From Pedobacter sp. (GTDB lineage: Bacteria; Desulfobacterota; Desulfuromonadia; Desulfuromonadales; Syntrophotaleaceae), in assembly GCA_050253415.1 (NCBI GenBank), contig JBFWJC010000001.1, forward strand, positions 320,001 to 384,000: a stretch of 64,000 nucleotides of DNA, read 5' to 3'. The position numbers and the translations under genes are program-made. Within the stretch, counting starts at the first letter, position 1. Each line of letters opens with the position of its first letter. A model generated the notes under the pieces. It saw nothing but the letters and a program-made list of their open reading frames with translations. It had not been told where the DNA came from and ran no database searches. Below are positions 27,862 to 37,782 of this stretch, piece by piece.

Positions 27862-28137
27862 ATGCGACTTAATATCACCGCTCTTTCCATTACCGTTGCA
27901 CTGCTTTGGAGTGGCGCCATTTTTCTCGTTGGTCTGGCGAACCTGGCCTGGCCGCCCTACGGCCTGGTGTTTCTTGAGCTGACCGCTTCGATTTACCCCG
28001 GTTATCATGCCGACCCTCATTTCGGATCGGTAGTTGTCGGAACCCTTTACGGCTTGTTGGACGGATTCATCTGTGGCGCAGTGTTTGGTTGGCTTTACAA
28101 TTTCCTGGCGGGACGATTCTCAAAAACATCTGCCTGA
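27862..28137 (+). CDS. Small membrane protein
   Basis: AGGAGG RBS. Motifs SIYPGY and FGWLYN with hydrophobic segments. Confidence 0.8.
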   Translation: MRLNITALSITVALLWSGAIFLVGLANLAWPPYGLVFLELTASIYPGYHADPHFGSVVVGTLYGLLDGFICGAVFGWLYNFLAGRFSKTSA

Positions 28138-28267
28138 TAACGTGTTTGTGAGATATTCAAGGATCAGGTTGCAACTCTTTACCCGGGGCGGGTTTGCCTG
28201 TAGGGGTGGCATTCCCTTCGGATGTTTCGCGGTTCTGATGGGCGCCACCAAAAGGATGTGATCGTCG

Positions 28268-28678
28268 ATGACCGAACTACAAGAAAGAAATTGGTGGGAC
28301 AGGAACTGGAAGTGGCTGGTTCCCGTCGGAGGGCTTGCTGCCCTGGCCCTTTTTGCCGGGTTCATCGCCATGATCATGTGTCTGGTCTTCGGCATGATGA
28401 AGTCGTCTGACGTCTACAAGGAGTCTGTTGCCGTCGCACAAGCGCATGCGTCAGTGCAAGCAGTTATCGGTACTCCCCTGAAGGAAGGGTTATTCGTCAC
28501 CGGTAAAATAAACACCAGTGGATCCTCGGGAGACGCTGATCTGGCGATCCCGATTTCCGGTCCCGACGGCAAGGCGACAATATATGTCGTGGCGAGAAAA
28601 TCGGCCGGCCAATGGACCTTCTCGACTCTTATTGTGGAAGTTGAGGATTCCGGGCAGAGAATCGATCTGCTTGAATAG
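28268..28678 (+). CDS. Coa1-like family protein (bacterial)
   Basis: WWDRNWKW, one TM segment, GDADLAIPISGPDGKATIY, GQWTF. Confidence 0.75.
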   Translation: MTELQERNWWDRNWKWLVPVGGLAALALFAGFIAMIMCLVFGMMKSSDVYKESVAVAQAHASVQAVIGTPLKEGLFVTGKINTSGSSGDADLAIPISGPDGKATIYVVARKSAGQWTFSTLIVEVEDSGQRIDLLE

Positions 28679-28778
28679 CAAGCAGGGTCTGCTTCCGTAT
28701 GAAGCGGCGACTCAGGCATCAGTGAGGGCTTGGGGGCGGATCATCCGCACGTTATGGCTCTTGAGTAAGGAAAACCGT

Positions 28779-29210
28779 ATGGATTATGCATGGCATTTTG
28801 ACCAGAAGAAAATAAATTGGGTGGAATTATCTGAACTATACAAAATTGCTCCTCTTGGCACAAAGTTGCCCGATGATTTAGAGCTTGTATTCTCCAATAG
28901 TAAGTTCAAGTGTTTCGTATATCGTGGAAAGTTGCTTATTGGTGCGGGCAGAGCCTTGGCCGATGGAAAAGACTGTTCCTATATCTGTGATATTGCGATT
29001 CATCCTGCGTATCAAGGTCGTGGCCTCGGCAAACAAATTGTCGAAAATCTTGTGCGACTCTCCCGGGGGCATAAAAAAATAATTCTCTATGCAAATCCCG
29101 GTAAAGAAGGGTTTTATGCCGCACTTGGTTTCAAGAGAATGAATACCGCAATGGCCATATTTCAAAATGAAACCGAGATGCTGGAAAACGGAACTATTTC
29201 CGAACCATAA
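28779..29210 (+). CDS. GNAT family N-acetyltransferase (probable former cassette)
   Basis: Motifs AIHPAYQGRGLGK and FYAALGF. Flanked by GTTATGG (28751) and CCATAAT (29205). Confidence 0.88.
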   Translation: MDYAWHFDQKKINWVELSELYKIAPLGTKLPDDLELVFSNSKFKCFVYRGKLLIGAGRALADGKDCSYICDIAIHPAYQGRGLGKQIVENLVRLSRGHKKIILYANPGKEGFYAALGFKRMNTAMAIFQNETEMLENGTISEP

Positions 29211-29349
29211 TCTTTGAAATCAAAAGCCATTTTCTGGTTGAACGAATAAATGCGTTAACGCGGAGTTCTTTTTCCGCGGGCGCTCCACACGCAAGCTGCT
29301 ACGCATGATGTATGGAATCAACTCTGTGACTCGCATTGCAAGGGAAACC

Positions 29350-29667
29350 ATGATGATTACCGCACTTGTCCAGTTCAAACTCCCGCAACCGATTTCCCGC
29401 GAAAATGCACGCATGATATTTTCCGATACGGCGCCAAAGTACAGGGAGATTCCGGGACTTATTCGAAAGTATTACATCCTGTCGCAGGATGGAGGGACGG
29501 CTGGCGGCGTGTATCTATGGAATTCGCAGGAGGATGCAGAGCGCCTCTATACGGACGCATGGAAGAAATTCATCCGGGACAAGTATGGCGCCGAACCCTC
29601 TGTGACCTACTTTGAGAGTCCTGTGGTTGTCGACAATGCTGTTGGCGAAATTATTGCCGACGCATGA
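29350..29667 (+). CDS. YdhR-like putative monooxygenase (dimeric alpha/beta barrel)
   Basis: Motifs IPGLIRKYY and AGGVYLW. Confidence 0.75.
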   Translation: MMITALVQFKLPQPISRENARMIFSDTAPKYREIPGLIRKYYILSQDGGTAGGVYLWNSQEDAERLYTDAWKKFIRDKYGAEPSVTYFESPVVVDNAVGEIIADA

Positions 29668-29743
29668 GAGGTGTGCCAGGTGCAGTGCTTCGCAGGTTAT
29701 ACCTCTTGATGGCCATGCCCCCTGTTCTGAAGGAGAAATAACA

Positions 29744-30505
29744 ATGTCCGACAAATATGCGCGAATTGCCACGGTAACCGGTGCCACATCCGGTATCGGT
29801 GAAGCAACGGTGAGAAAGTTTGTGGACGCTGGTTTTGGTGTTGTCGGTAATGGGCGTAATGCCGCAAAACTGGCGGCGCTTGAAAATGAATTGGGTGCCG
29901 CATTCTGTGGTGTTGCCGGCGATGCTTCGGATAATGCGGTGCTGGAGGCGCTTTTTTCTTCGGCTGTTGATCGCTTTGGGAAACCGGTGGACATCGTTGT
30001 TGCCAATGCCGGTCGAGGTCTGGGGGGATCCGTCAAGGAGGCCGATCTGTCGCAATTCGAGGATCTGCTGAAAATAAATGTGACGGGCACTTTGTCTCTT
30101 CTGCAAAAAGCGGCACAGAGAATGGTGGATGCTCAGCAAAACAGTTATCCCGGCTCGGCCGCCGATATTGTCATCGTCGGATCGGTTGTCGGGCGGCACG
30201 TATCGCCGTTCAGCGCAGTCTATGGGTCATCCAAGTTTGCCGTACATGCCCTGGCTGAAGGGCTGCGGCGCGAAATAGGGCCTAAAGGGGTTCGTGTCTC
30301 GCTGGTTGAGCCCGGGATCGTGCTGAGTGGCTTTCAGGCCGTGGCTGGCTACAAGGACGAACTGGTGCAGAGTTTTGAAGATAAATTCGGGCCACTGTTA
30401 ATCGGTGATGACGTGGCAAACGCCATCCATTACCTGGTATCTCAGCCGCCCCATGTCCACATCAGCGATATTATTGTGCGTCCTACACGCCAGGATTATC
30501 CATAA
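29744..30505 (+). CDS. SDR family oxidoreductase
   Basis: Motifs VTGATSGIG, VANAG, YGSSK. AAGGAG RBS. Confidence 0.92.
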   Translation: MSDKYARIATVTGATSGIGEATVRKFVDAGFGVVGNGRNAAKLAALENELGAAFCGVAGDASDNAVLEALFSSAVDRFGKPVDIVVANAGRGLGGSVKEADLSQFEDLLKINVTGTLSLLQKAAQRMVDAQQNSYPGSAADIVIVGSVVGRHVSPFSAVYGSSKFAVHALAEGLRREIGPKGVRVSLVEPGIVLSGFQAVAGYKDELVQSFEDKFGPLLIGDDVANAIHYLVSQPPHVHISDIIVRPTRQDYP

Positions 30506-30601
30506 GTACGCCCGAGGCGGGGGCAGGCAAAGAATACAAATCCTTTTTTCGGACGAACGCCGCTGCCCCCTTGCTGTTCCGATAGACAAAGGTTGCCCCA
30601 C

Positions 30602-31030
30602 ATGCAGATAAACACACCATGGGTATTTTGGCCCGTCAAACGCCTCTGTTACCTGGTTCTCGGTGCGGTTTTGTTCACAGGCTGTGCACCTTCTCACGTC
30701 TTGCACCATGACGACGATGTGAGCCGGGATTACACCTACATCACCTTCTTAAGAAATCGATCCCCTTATCGCCTTGAATCCCAGGTTGGTGGCGAGCATA
30801 TCAGTTCTGTCACGGTGTTGGGTTTTGAAGGGGATATCTATCAGGTAGAGCTTGACTCCAGGGTAGGCGACGTCGATTGTTACATTTGCGGCGAAGGGAT
30901 CCATGTGGAGCGCGATCCGGCCACGATAAACAAACAGACGGTCACGGTGTTGGAGCGTGATTGCCTGTTTTCCGTTGAGTTGTCTGCCTATCCCTACGGT
31001 GAATATATGTTGCGCATCAGCAAGCAGTAA
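30602..31030 (+). CDS. Hypothetical lipoprotein
   Basis: Lipobox-like LFTGC. Start position uncertain. Confidence 0.6.
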   Translation: MQINTPWVFWPVKRLCYLVLGAVLFTGCAPSHVLHHDDDVSRDYTYITFLRNRSPYRLESQVGGEHISSVTVLGFEGDIYQVELDSRVGDVDCYICGEGIHVERDPATINKQTVTVLERDCLFSVELSAYPYGEYMLRISKQ

Positions 31031-31368
31031 TGGCCTCGTAAAGTTCACAGCGCCTAAGCCTGGAGGCGCCTTCGGGTTCATAGGATGCGAACGTGCATGG
31101 ATGGTATTTTCGCTTTTTTGCTCACCATGTGTCCCTTTGTCCCCATGCTTGTCCCGCCACGCTCCTGACCCCGCACACTGTATGATGCATTAACAGGCAG
31201 CCCTTCGGACCAACGGAGAAGGCGGTTGTTACATCAAATTCTGACTTATTTTATCTGAATATCCTTCCTTTGCATGCCAGATAGAGGCATTCCGGGGTCT
31301 TGCAGCACCGGTTTTTATCGAAAATACGGTGCCTTCCCTAAATACATGCGCAAAGTCTGCGGTTGCAT

Positions 31369-31385
31369 TTGGCACGCCGTTGGCA
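31369..31385 (+). promoter_or_regulatory. Putative sigma-54 (-24/-12) promoter
   Basis: TTGGCACGCCGTTGGCA with GG-N10-GC spacing, about 200 bp upstream of the GGDEF-EAL gene. Confidence 0.5.
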
Positions 31386-31587
31386 ATAAAAGATTGCCGG
31401 AACTTTGCGGATAAGGCCCAATCCCGCCCAGAGATTTCAGGCAGGAACCAGGTCGCCTGATCCTATTCGATTTTCATCGTTATGTTGAATGAAGGAGGCA
31501 GTGTTCCTTTTGGCCGGTTTGTGATGCCGCCGATATGTGTTTTCCCGGCAATTATCTGCTTCAGGCGAAAGGAACGAACGCTATCCC

Positions 31588-34125
31588 ATGAGTCCTCTCA
31601 GTGTAAAAATATCTTTGCCCCCGGAAGGATCAGTCCCTGATAAAAACCAGGCAGGCACCGGGCAATATGATGGTTCGTCCCGCCGGGGTCATGTTGGCGG
31701 AACGGGTGTCTTCGAATGGGACATTGCAGAGGCCGGCGCGTTGTATCGGGCTTTTATGGAGTCTTCCATCGACGGCATCGTTATCATCGATGGCGAAACC
31801 GCCAGGGTTGTCGAGGCCAATGCGGCCTTCGCTGAGATGCTCGGCTACAACCTGGAAGAAGTTCGGCGGTTACACGTCTGGGATTGGGATGCCCAGTGGT
31901 CCCGGGAGGAACTCGAAGAGATTATCACAACCGCAGGTTTTTCGAACAGTCGGCTTGAAACCCGGCACCGTCGCAAAGACGGGCAGGTTGTGGACGTGGA
32001 AATCAGCACCACGAAAATCCAATGGCAGGGAAGATGCGTTATTTTCTGTGTGGTCAAGGACATCAGCGAGCGCAAGGTTCAGCAGCATAAACTGCAAAAT
32101 GAACTTAGCCTCTGGCAGCTACTGATGGAGCGCACTAATGGTGGCATTGTCGTTGTTGATGGGGAAACATTGACGGTTCTGGAGGTCAATCCCGCGTTTG
32201 CCGATATGCTCGGCTACCAGCCCGAGGAGATGCCCGGTATGCACCCTTGGGACTGGGACGCATGTCTCAGTCGTGCGGAGATAGAAGCGCATGCATCATC
32301 CTTGCAGAAATCGCCTGAAGAACATTTTTTTGAAACGCGTATGAAGCGCAAAGATGGCACCCTGTGTGACGTGGAGGTCAATTCCATCGCCATGAGCTTG
32401 GGTGAGCGAACGCACGTTTTTTGCCTCTGTCGCGACATCACGGAACGCTGCGAGGCTAACAAAGCGCTGCTTGACAGGGAACAGGAGTTTCGCAGCCTGG
32501 CGGAGAATGCTCCCGATGCCATTGCCCGTTACGACCGCAAACACTGTCGAATTTATGTGAATCCTGCCCTGGAGCGGTTGCTCGGCAAAGATAAAAAGGC
32601 TCTGCTTGGCCAGCCTGTCCAAAACGACGGGGCAGTGGATATGACAACCTATACCGCCGCGATCGAAGCTGTGTTTCAAACCGGTACCCAGCAAGAGACT
32701 GAAGTTCGGTATCCCCATCTTAATGGCGAGATCGGCTGGTTTCATGCCCGCTTCGAACCGGAATTTGCCGAGAACGGATCGGTCAAGTCCGTACTGGTGA
32801 TTATTCGCGATATCAGCGAGGTGGTGGCGCAACGGGAGCTGGCTCAGCATCTGGCGTTTACCGACGTTCTGACCGGCCTTCCGAACCGGGCCCTGTTCGA
32901 AAAGCGTTTCCAGTCTGCCGCAGCCGTGGCAAAAAGCAACGGCTGCACTTTCGCCCTGCTGATGCTGGATATCGACCACTTCAAGGATGTCAACGATTCA
33001 CTGGGCCACAACTGCGGGGATCAGTTGTTGCGTCAGGTAACGGCACGGTTGTCCCATTGTGTCGGCGAATCCGACACCATCGCCCGTATGGGGGGAGATG
33101 AGTTCGCCATTCTGCTGACCGCGATTCATGGCATCGATGAGGCAACCAAGATTGCCGATCTGATTCTGGGCACATTGGCCCAGCCCTTTATCATCGAACG
33201 TCAGGAACTGTTTATTTCCGGCAGCATCGGTATGGCCTTTTTCCCCCGTGACAGCGTAAATCTCGATGAACTGTTCACTTTTGCCGATACGGCCATGTAC
33301 AGCGCCAAGCGCAAGGGGCGCAATAATTTTCAGTTTTATACCCAGGAACTCACCCGCTATGCGGCCGAGCGCTTATCCCTTGGCGCCTCGCTGCGCTATG
33401 CCTGTGTCAACCATGAACTGCAGCTTTTTTACCAGCCCAAGGTTCAGCTTGAGGATGGTCAGGTTGTCGGTGTGGAAGCTCTGCTGCGGTGGTGTCATCC
33501 GGAACTGGGCATGCTGGCGCCCGACCGGTTTATCAGTATCGCCGAGGAGACCGGACTCATTGTTGAAATCGGCGCATGGGTATTGAAAACCGCCTGCCGG
33601 GCGGCGGTGGATTTCAACCGGAACAGCCCGGTCCCGTTTAAGGTCGCGGTTAACCTCTCCTATAGGCAGTTTGTTCAAAACGATCTGGCCGGGACCGTCA
33701 AGACGATTTTGGACAGTACGGGGTGCCTGGGGGAATGGCTGGAATGCGAGATCACCGAAAGCCTGATGATCGAGGACAATCCGCAGGTGCGCAAGACTCT
33801 CGAAGCTTTGCGTGCTCTTGGTATATCCATCGCCATCGACGATTTCGGCACCGGTTATTCCGCCTTGAATTATCTCACCCGGTTTCCCGTCGACGTCCTT
33901 AAAATAGACCGCTCGTTTGTCAACGGCATCGACACCGATCCGCGCAAGGTCGGCCTGGTAAAGGTCTTCATTTCCCTGGGAACCAACTTGGATATGCAGA
34001 TTGTTGCGGAAGGAGTGGAAACCGTCGCCGAGTCGATGGTGCTGCAACAACTGGGCTGTGGCCTCGCCCAGGGTTATCTGTTCGGCAAGCCGCAGCCTTT
34101 TGATGCTTTGATCCAAACCCTGTAA
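31588..34125 (+). CDS. Multi-PAS diguanylate cyclase/phosphodiesterase
   Basis: Three PAS/PAC-like repeats, GGDEF, EALLRW, DDFGTGYS. Start position uncertain. Confidence 0.95.
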   Translation: MSPLSVKISLPPEGSVPDKNQAGTGQYDGSSRRGHVGGTGVFEWDIAEAGALYRAFMESSIDGIVIIDGETARVVEANAAFAEMLGYNLEEVRRLHVWDWDAQWSREELEEIITTAGFSNSRLETRHRRKDGQVVDVEISTTKIQWQGRCVIFCVVKDISERKVQQHKLQNELSLWQLLMERTNGGIVVVDGETLTVLEVNPAFADMLGYQPEEMPGMHPWDWDACLSRAEIEAHASSLQKSPEEHFFETRMKRKDGTLCDVEVNSIAMSLGERTHVFCLCRDITERCEANKALLDREQEFRSLAENAPDAIARYDRKHCRIYVNPALERLLGKDKKALLGQPVQNDGAVDMTTYTAAIEAVFQTGTQQETEVRYPHLNGEIGWFHARFEPEFAENGSVKSVLVIIRDISEVVAQRELAQHLAFTDVLTGLPNRALFEKRFQSAAAVAKSNGCTFALLMLDIDHFKDVNDSLGHNCGDQLLRQVTARLSHCVGESDTIARMGGDEFAILLTAIHGIDEATKIADLILGTLAQPFIIERQELFISGSIGMAFFPRDSVNLDELFTFADTAMYSAKRKGRNNFQFYTQELTRYAAERLSLGASLRYACVNHELQLFYQPKVQLEDGQVVGVEALLRWCHPELGMLAPDRFISIAEETGLIVEIGAWVLKTACRAAVDFNRNSPVPFKVAVNLSYRQFVQNDLAGTVKTILDSTGCLGEWLECEITESLMIEDNPQVRKTLEALRALGISIAIDDFGTGYSALNYLTRFPVDVLKIDRSFVNGIDTDPRKVGLVKVFISLGTNLDMQIVAEGVETVAESMVLQQLGCGLAQGYLFGKPQPFDALIQTL

Positions 34126-34417
34126 GCCGATCCTGCCGCCGGTCCGGGGCCTCGTTTCACGTCTGTGGTGCTTTATAGAATGCCCTGGATTGGCAGCGTA
34201 ACAGATCTTTCTCCCGGCCGGTAAAAGGTCACCCTCCCCCTCCGCAGACCTCGGCGCAGGTTTGTCGGCATAGCGACCCGCAAGCGAATATCCCGGATTC
34301 ATGCCCTTTTAACTGTTTTTACCCGAATGGTTTATGTATTCTTCGGGAAGACATTACGTTGCACTCGCTTGTTGACTCCGCCATGAATAATCGATCTTCA
34401 ACACAGGGAGAACCTGC

Positions 34418-34723
34418 ATGGACCCACTGGACAGGGACACAGCAAAAAAACTTTACAACCATTACCGTAAAAACCGGGATGGTATCCGTAACTGCCAGGA
34501 AATGGCCTCCATCTGCCTGATCTGCGAATCGATCCATATCGTCCCCGTGGAAGGCAATCCATATAAGCTCATTTGTCGCAACTGCGGCTTTGCTTTTTTC
34601 CGTTATGTATGCAGCGCCTGCGGAGCCACCATCGATGGGCGCGATCCCAAGAATCCCCCGTGTGAAAAGTGCGGCTTGAGGGTCTGCACCTGTGGGGCAT
34701 GCGATTGCCCGACAGACGCCTAG
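34418..34723 (+). CDS. Cys-rich zinc-ribbon hypothetical protein
   Basis: Several CxxC motifs. GGGAG RBS. Confidence 0.75.
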   Translation: MDPLDRDTAKKLYNHYRKNRDGIRNCQEMASICLICESIHIVPVEGNPYKLICRNCGFAFFRYVCSACGATIDGRDPKNPPCEKCGLRVCTCGACDCPTDA

Positions 34724-34855
34724 AATTGCGAATCCGACCCGCTCAATGATACGAGTAACAGCAGGGCAACACGCTCTTTTCTTGAAATTTAATGGTTAAT
34801 GGTGAGCCTGGGACAACGAGACCCCGGCTGATTTTCAGGTGAAAAGGCCAGATGA

Positions 34856-36574
34856 ATGAATACACTGACACTCTTTGCAGTCGTGGCGGCATGGTTCTGC
34901 CTCGGCTATGTTATTTATGGCCGCTATCTGGCAAAACGATTGATCGGAGAGCAGGCGGACACGCCAACGCCCGCGCGCCGGCTTGAGGATGGTGTCGATT
35001 ATTGCCCGGCCAAAGTATCCTTTCTTTGGGGGCACCATTTTTCGTCCATCGCGGGAGCCGGACCGATTATCGGGCCGATCCTGGCGGTATCCTATTTCGG
35101 TTGGGGACCGGCGGTGTTGTGGATCGCTCTGGGCAGCCTGTTTATCGGTGCTGTGCACGATTATTTGGCATTGATGCTGTCGGTGCGCCATGGCGGCAAG
35201 GGGATGGCCGAAGTGGCGGCCGTTGTTATGGGGCAACGCACCCGTCTGCTGTTCGGGGTTTTGTTGTGGGTGACGCTGGTCTTTATCGTCACGGTGTTTG
35301 CCATCGGCGGTGCCCAGGCGTTGATTAACGATCCCCGGCTGTGCCTGCCCACTTTTGGGGTTTGCCTGGTGGCCATGGCCATGAGTCTGGCGGTATACCG
35401 GTTTCGGTTGCCGGCGTTGCCGGTGACCTTGATCGCCGTGCTCCTGACCTTTGGCCTGATTGCGGCAGGCTTTCACTATCCCCTGGTCCTGCCTGCGGCC
35501 TGGAGTCTGCAGACCAAACTGGGCGTCATGTTGACCTTGCTGTTCGGGTATTGTTTTCTGGCGTCATTGTTGCCGGTGTGGGTGCTGCTGCAACCGCGCG
35601 ATTTTCTATCGTCGGTGTTGCTGGGGCTCGGCCTGGTGTTGGGCGTGGGTGCTTTGATGATAGTGCCGGCACCGTTCAATGCGCCATTTTATCAGGCCGA
35701 CGCCAGCCGTCCGTTGTGGCCGATGCTGTTTATTACCCTGGCCTGCGGGGCGATAAGCGGGTATCACTGTATCGTCAGTTCCGGAACCACCGCCAAACAG
35801 CTTGCCAGTGAAAGACATGGCCGTCCGGTAGCGTTCGGCGGCATGTTGATGGAAGGTCTGCTGGCTCTGCTGGTGGTCATCATGGTGGGCGCCGGGCTCA
35901 AATGGGGCATGGCACCTGCGGGCAGCAATCCGATGGTCTTTTTTGGGGATTCCCTGCAAAAAGGCTGGATTGTCGCATTTGCCAACGGCTACGGCCGGAT
36001 CGTCGGTCAGGCTGGTTTCCCCTGGCTGACCGGTGCTTTCAGCGCCTTGCTGGGCGCGACCATGGTCAAAACCTTCGTCATGACGTCCCTCGATACCTCG
36101 ACCCGCCTGGGTCGCCTGATTTTTGTGGAGACATTTTTCCCCAGGGTGCCGTGGTTGAACAATCGTGCTGTAGCCACCCTGGCGCTGCTGCTGCCTTCTT
36201 ACTGGCTGGCCATGAGCAACAACTGGCAAACCCTGTGGAAAATGTTCGGCGCGTCCAACCAGTTGATCGCAGCCTTGACGTTGATGGTCGCCGGCACCTG
36301 GCTGGTCACACGGGGGCGGCCATCCTTGCCGGCGATGCTGCCGGCTTTGTTCATGGCGATTACCACCCTTACCGCATTGCTGTGGCAAGCATTCAAACCC
36401 GGCGGATTTTTTGCCCCGCAGGGTGGCAATCTGCTGCTTGGCGGCGTGGCTTTGCTGCTTTGTGCATTGGCGGTGAGTGTAGCAGTTGATGCGGTGACCA
36501 CCATCCTTTGCTCGGATGGCAAAAAAAAATCGGAAACCAACGCAGTTGTTCCCGTTTCAAGTTCAATGAATTAG
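34856..36574 (+). CDS. cstA: Carbon starvation protein A family transporter
   Basis: Motifs DGVDY, GHHFSSIAGAGPIIGP, ACGAISGYH, SGTT, FGASNQL. Confidence 0.93.
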   Translation: MNTLTLFAVVAAWFCLGYVIYGRYLAKRLIGEQADTPTPARRLEDGVDYCPAKVSFLWGHHFSSIAGAGPIIGPILAVSYFGWGPAVLWIALGSLFIGAVHDYLALMLSVRHGGKGMAEVAAVVMGQRTRLLFGVLLWVTLVFIVTVFAIGGAQALINDPRLCLPTFGVCLVAMAMSLAVYRFRLPALPVTLIAVLLTFGLIAAGFHYPLVLPAAWSLQTKLGVMLTLLFGYCFLASLLPVWVLLQPRDFLSSVLLGLGLVLGVGALMIVPAPFNAPFYQADASRPLWPMLFITLACGAISGYHCIVSSGTTAKQLASERHGRPVAFGGMLMEGLLALLVVIMVGAGLKWGMAPAGSNPMVFFGDSLQKGWIVAFANGYGRIVGQAGFPWLTGAFSALLGATMVKTFVMTSLDTSTRLGRLIFVETFFPRVPWLNNRAVATLALLLPSYWLAMSNNWQTLWKMFGASNQLIAALTLMVAGTWLVTRGRPSLPAMLPALFMAITTLTALLWQAFKPGGFFAPQGGNLLLGGVALLLCALAVSVAVDAVTTILCSDGKKKSETNAVVPVSSSMN

Positions 36575-36688
36575 CAGTCTGTCGGTTTTGGGGAAAATAG
36601 GGGCAGAATAAAACCCTCAAGGTTTCTCTGTATGCACCACACAAACTCTGAGTGCTAAACAGCGCGTCTCCATCAAAAGGAGGCTGTT

Positions 36689-37390
36689 ATGAAACTCCGT
36701 CCAAGCGTATCGGTTAGTGGTTTTTTGATCGTGATTTTGTCGCTGTTTGGGCAGGTGCTTCTGGCGGAAAATCTGCCCGAGGGGTTTGTCGATGTATGCA
36801 CTGTGATTCCGGGACTGCAAATGGAATTGCGCTATCTGGGGGAGCATAATTTTCTTGGGGAGCAGGTGGATGGCTATGTGGCCGAGCGCTGTATCCTGAC
36901 GGCCGAGGCTGCTGCCGCTCTGAAAGGAGTGCAGGATGATTTAAAGCCCTTTGGGTTGGGGGTGAAAATCTTCGATGCCTATCGTCCTAAACGTGCGGTG
37001 AGCCATTTTGTGCGCTGGGCGCGCGATCTGACCGATACCCGTACGAAGGCTGACTTTTATCCAGCTGTGGAAAAAAAAGATCTGTTTCGGCTTGGGTATA
37101 TCGCCGATAAATCCAGCCATAGTCGCGGCAGTACCGTTGATCTGACGATTGTAGCCCGGGGCGGTGGGCAAGGTTTTCGCGAGCTGGACATGGGCACCGG
37201 GTTCGATCTTTTCAGTCCGGACTCCTGGCCAGTCAGTTCCGCCGTTAACGCGGAGCAGCGGGCCCATCGGTTGTTGCTGCGGTCACTGATGATCCTGCAC
37301 GGATTTGTGCCCTATGAGCAGGAATGGTGGCATTTCACCTTGGCGCAGGAGCCTTATCCCGATACCTATTTTGACTTTCCTGTGCAGTGA
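36689..37390 (+). CDS. D-alanyl-D-alanine dipeptidase (M15D, DdpX/VanX-like)
   Basis: Motifs FDAYRP, SSHSRGSTVDLT, DMGTGFD, EWWHF. Signal peptide present. Confidence 0.92.
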   Translation: MKLRPSVSVSGFLIVILSLFGQVLLAENLPEGFVDVCTVIPGLQMELRYLGEHNFLGEQVDGYVAERCILTAEAAAALKGVQDDLKPFGLGVKIFDAYRPKRAVSHFVRWARDLTDTRTKADFYPAVEKKDLFRLGYIADKSSHSRGSTVDLTIVARGGGQGFRELDMGTGFDLFSPDSWPVSSAVNAEQRAHRLLLRSLMILHGFVPYEQEWWHFTLAQEPYPDTYFDFPVQ

Positions 37391-37782
37391 TATGGTATTG
37401 ATGGCATCGCAAAAAGGCGGTTCTACGGCGTTGCGGGGGGGGGGGGGAGCTGGTTCTCGACAGGCTCCTAAACCTGTCTTCGTTTCTGAAAAATACCAGG
37501 CCTGGTAGGACGTCGGAGCAGAAATCCCTGTTCCCCACCTCAGGTATCTCCCAAAGTCCGCCTCACTGCGTCGCAGCACTAAACCCTCAACGTCTGATCA
37601 TCCATCCCATAAGCTTGTGTATACCCCAAAAGATTACCCCTTGAAATACCCTGCGGTTCCTTGCCAAAGCAGGATAAACGCGGGACACTCTTATTAAGAC
37701 AGGCCGGTTTTGGAGCGGTTGTCCGCGTTGGACTATAAGGGTTTGCCGGGGATGCCGGCCAAGGGTTGAAAACGGAGGCGCT

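Noticed and set aside
27862..28137. Prophage, based on a holin-like small membrane protein
   Set aside because: There are no lysin, structural, terminase or phage integrase genes in the window.
36689..37390. Vancomycin resistance locus
   Set aside because: It is a lone M15D dipeptidase with a signal peptide and no vanH, vanA or vanRS.
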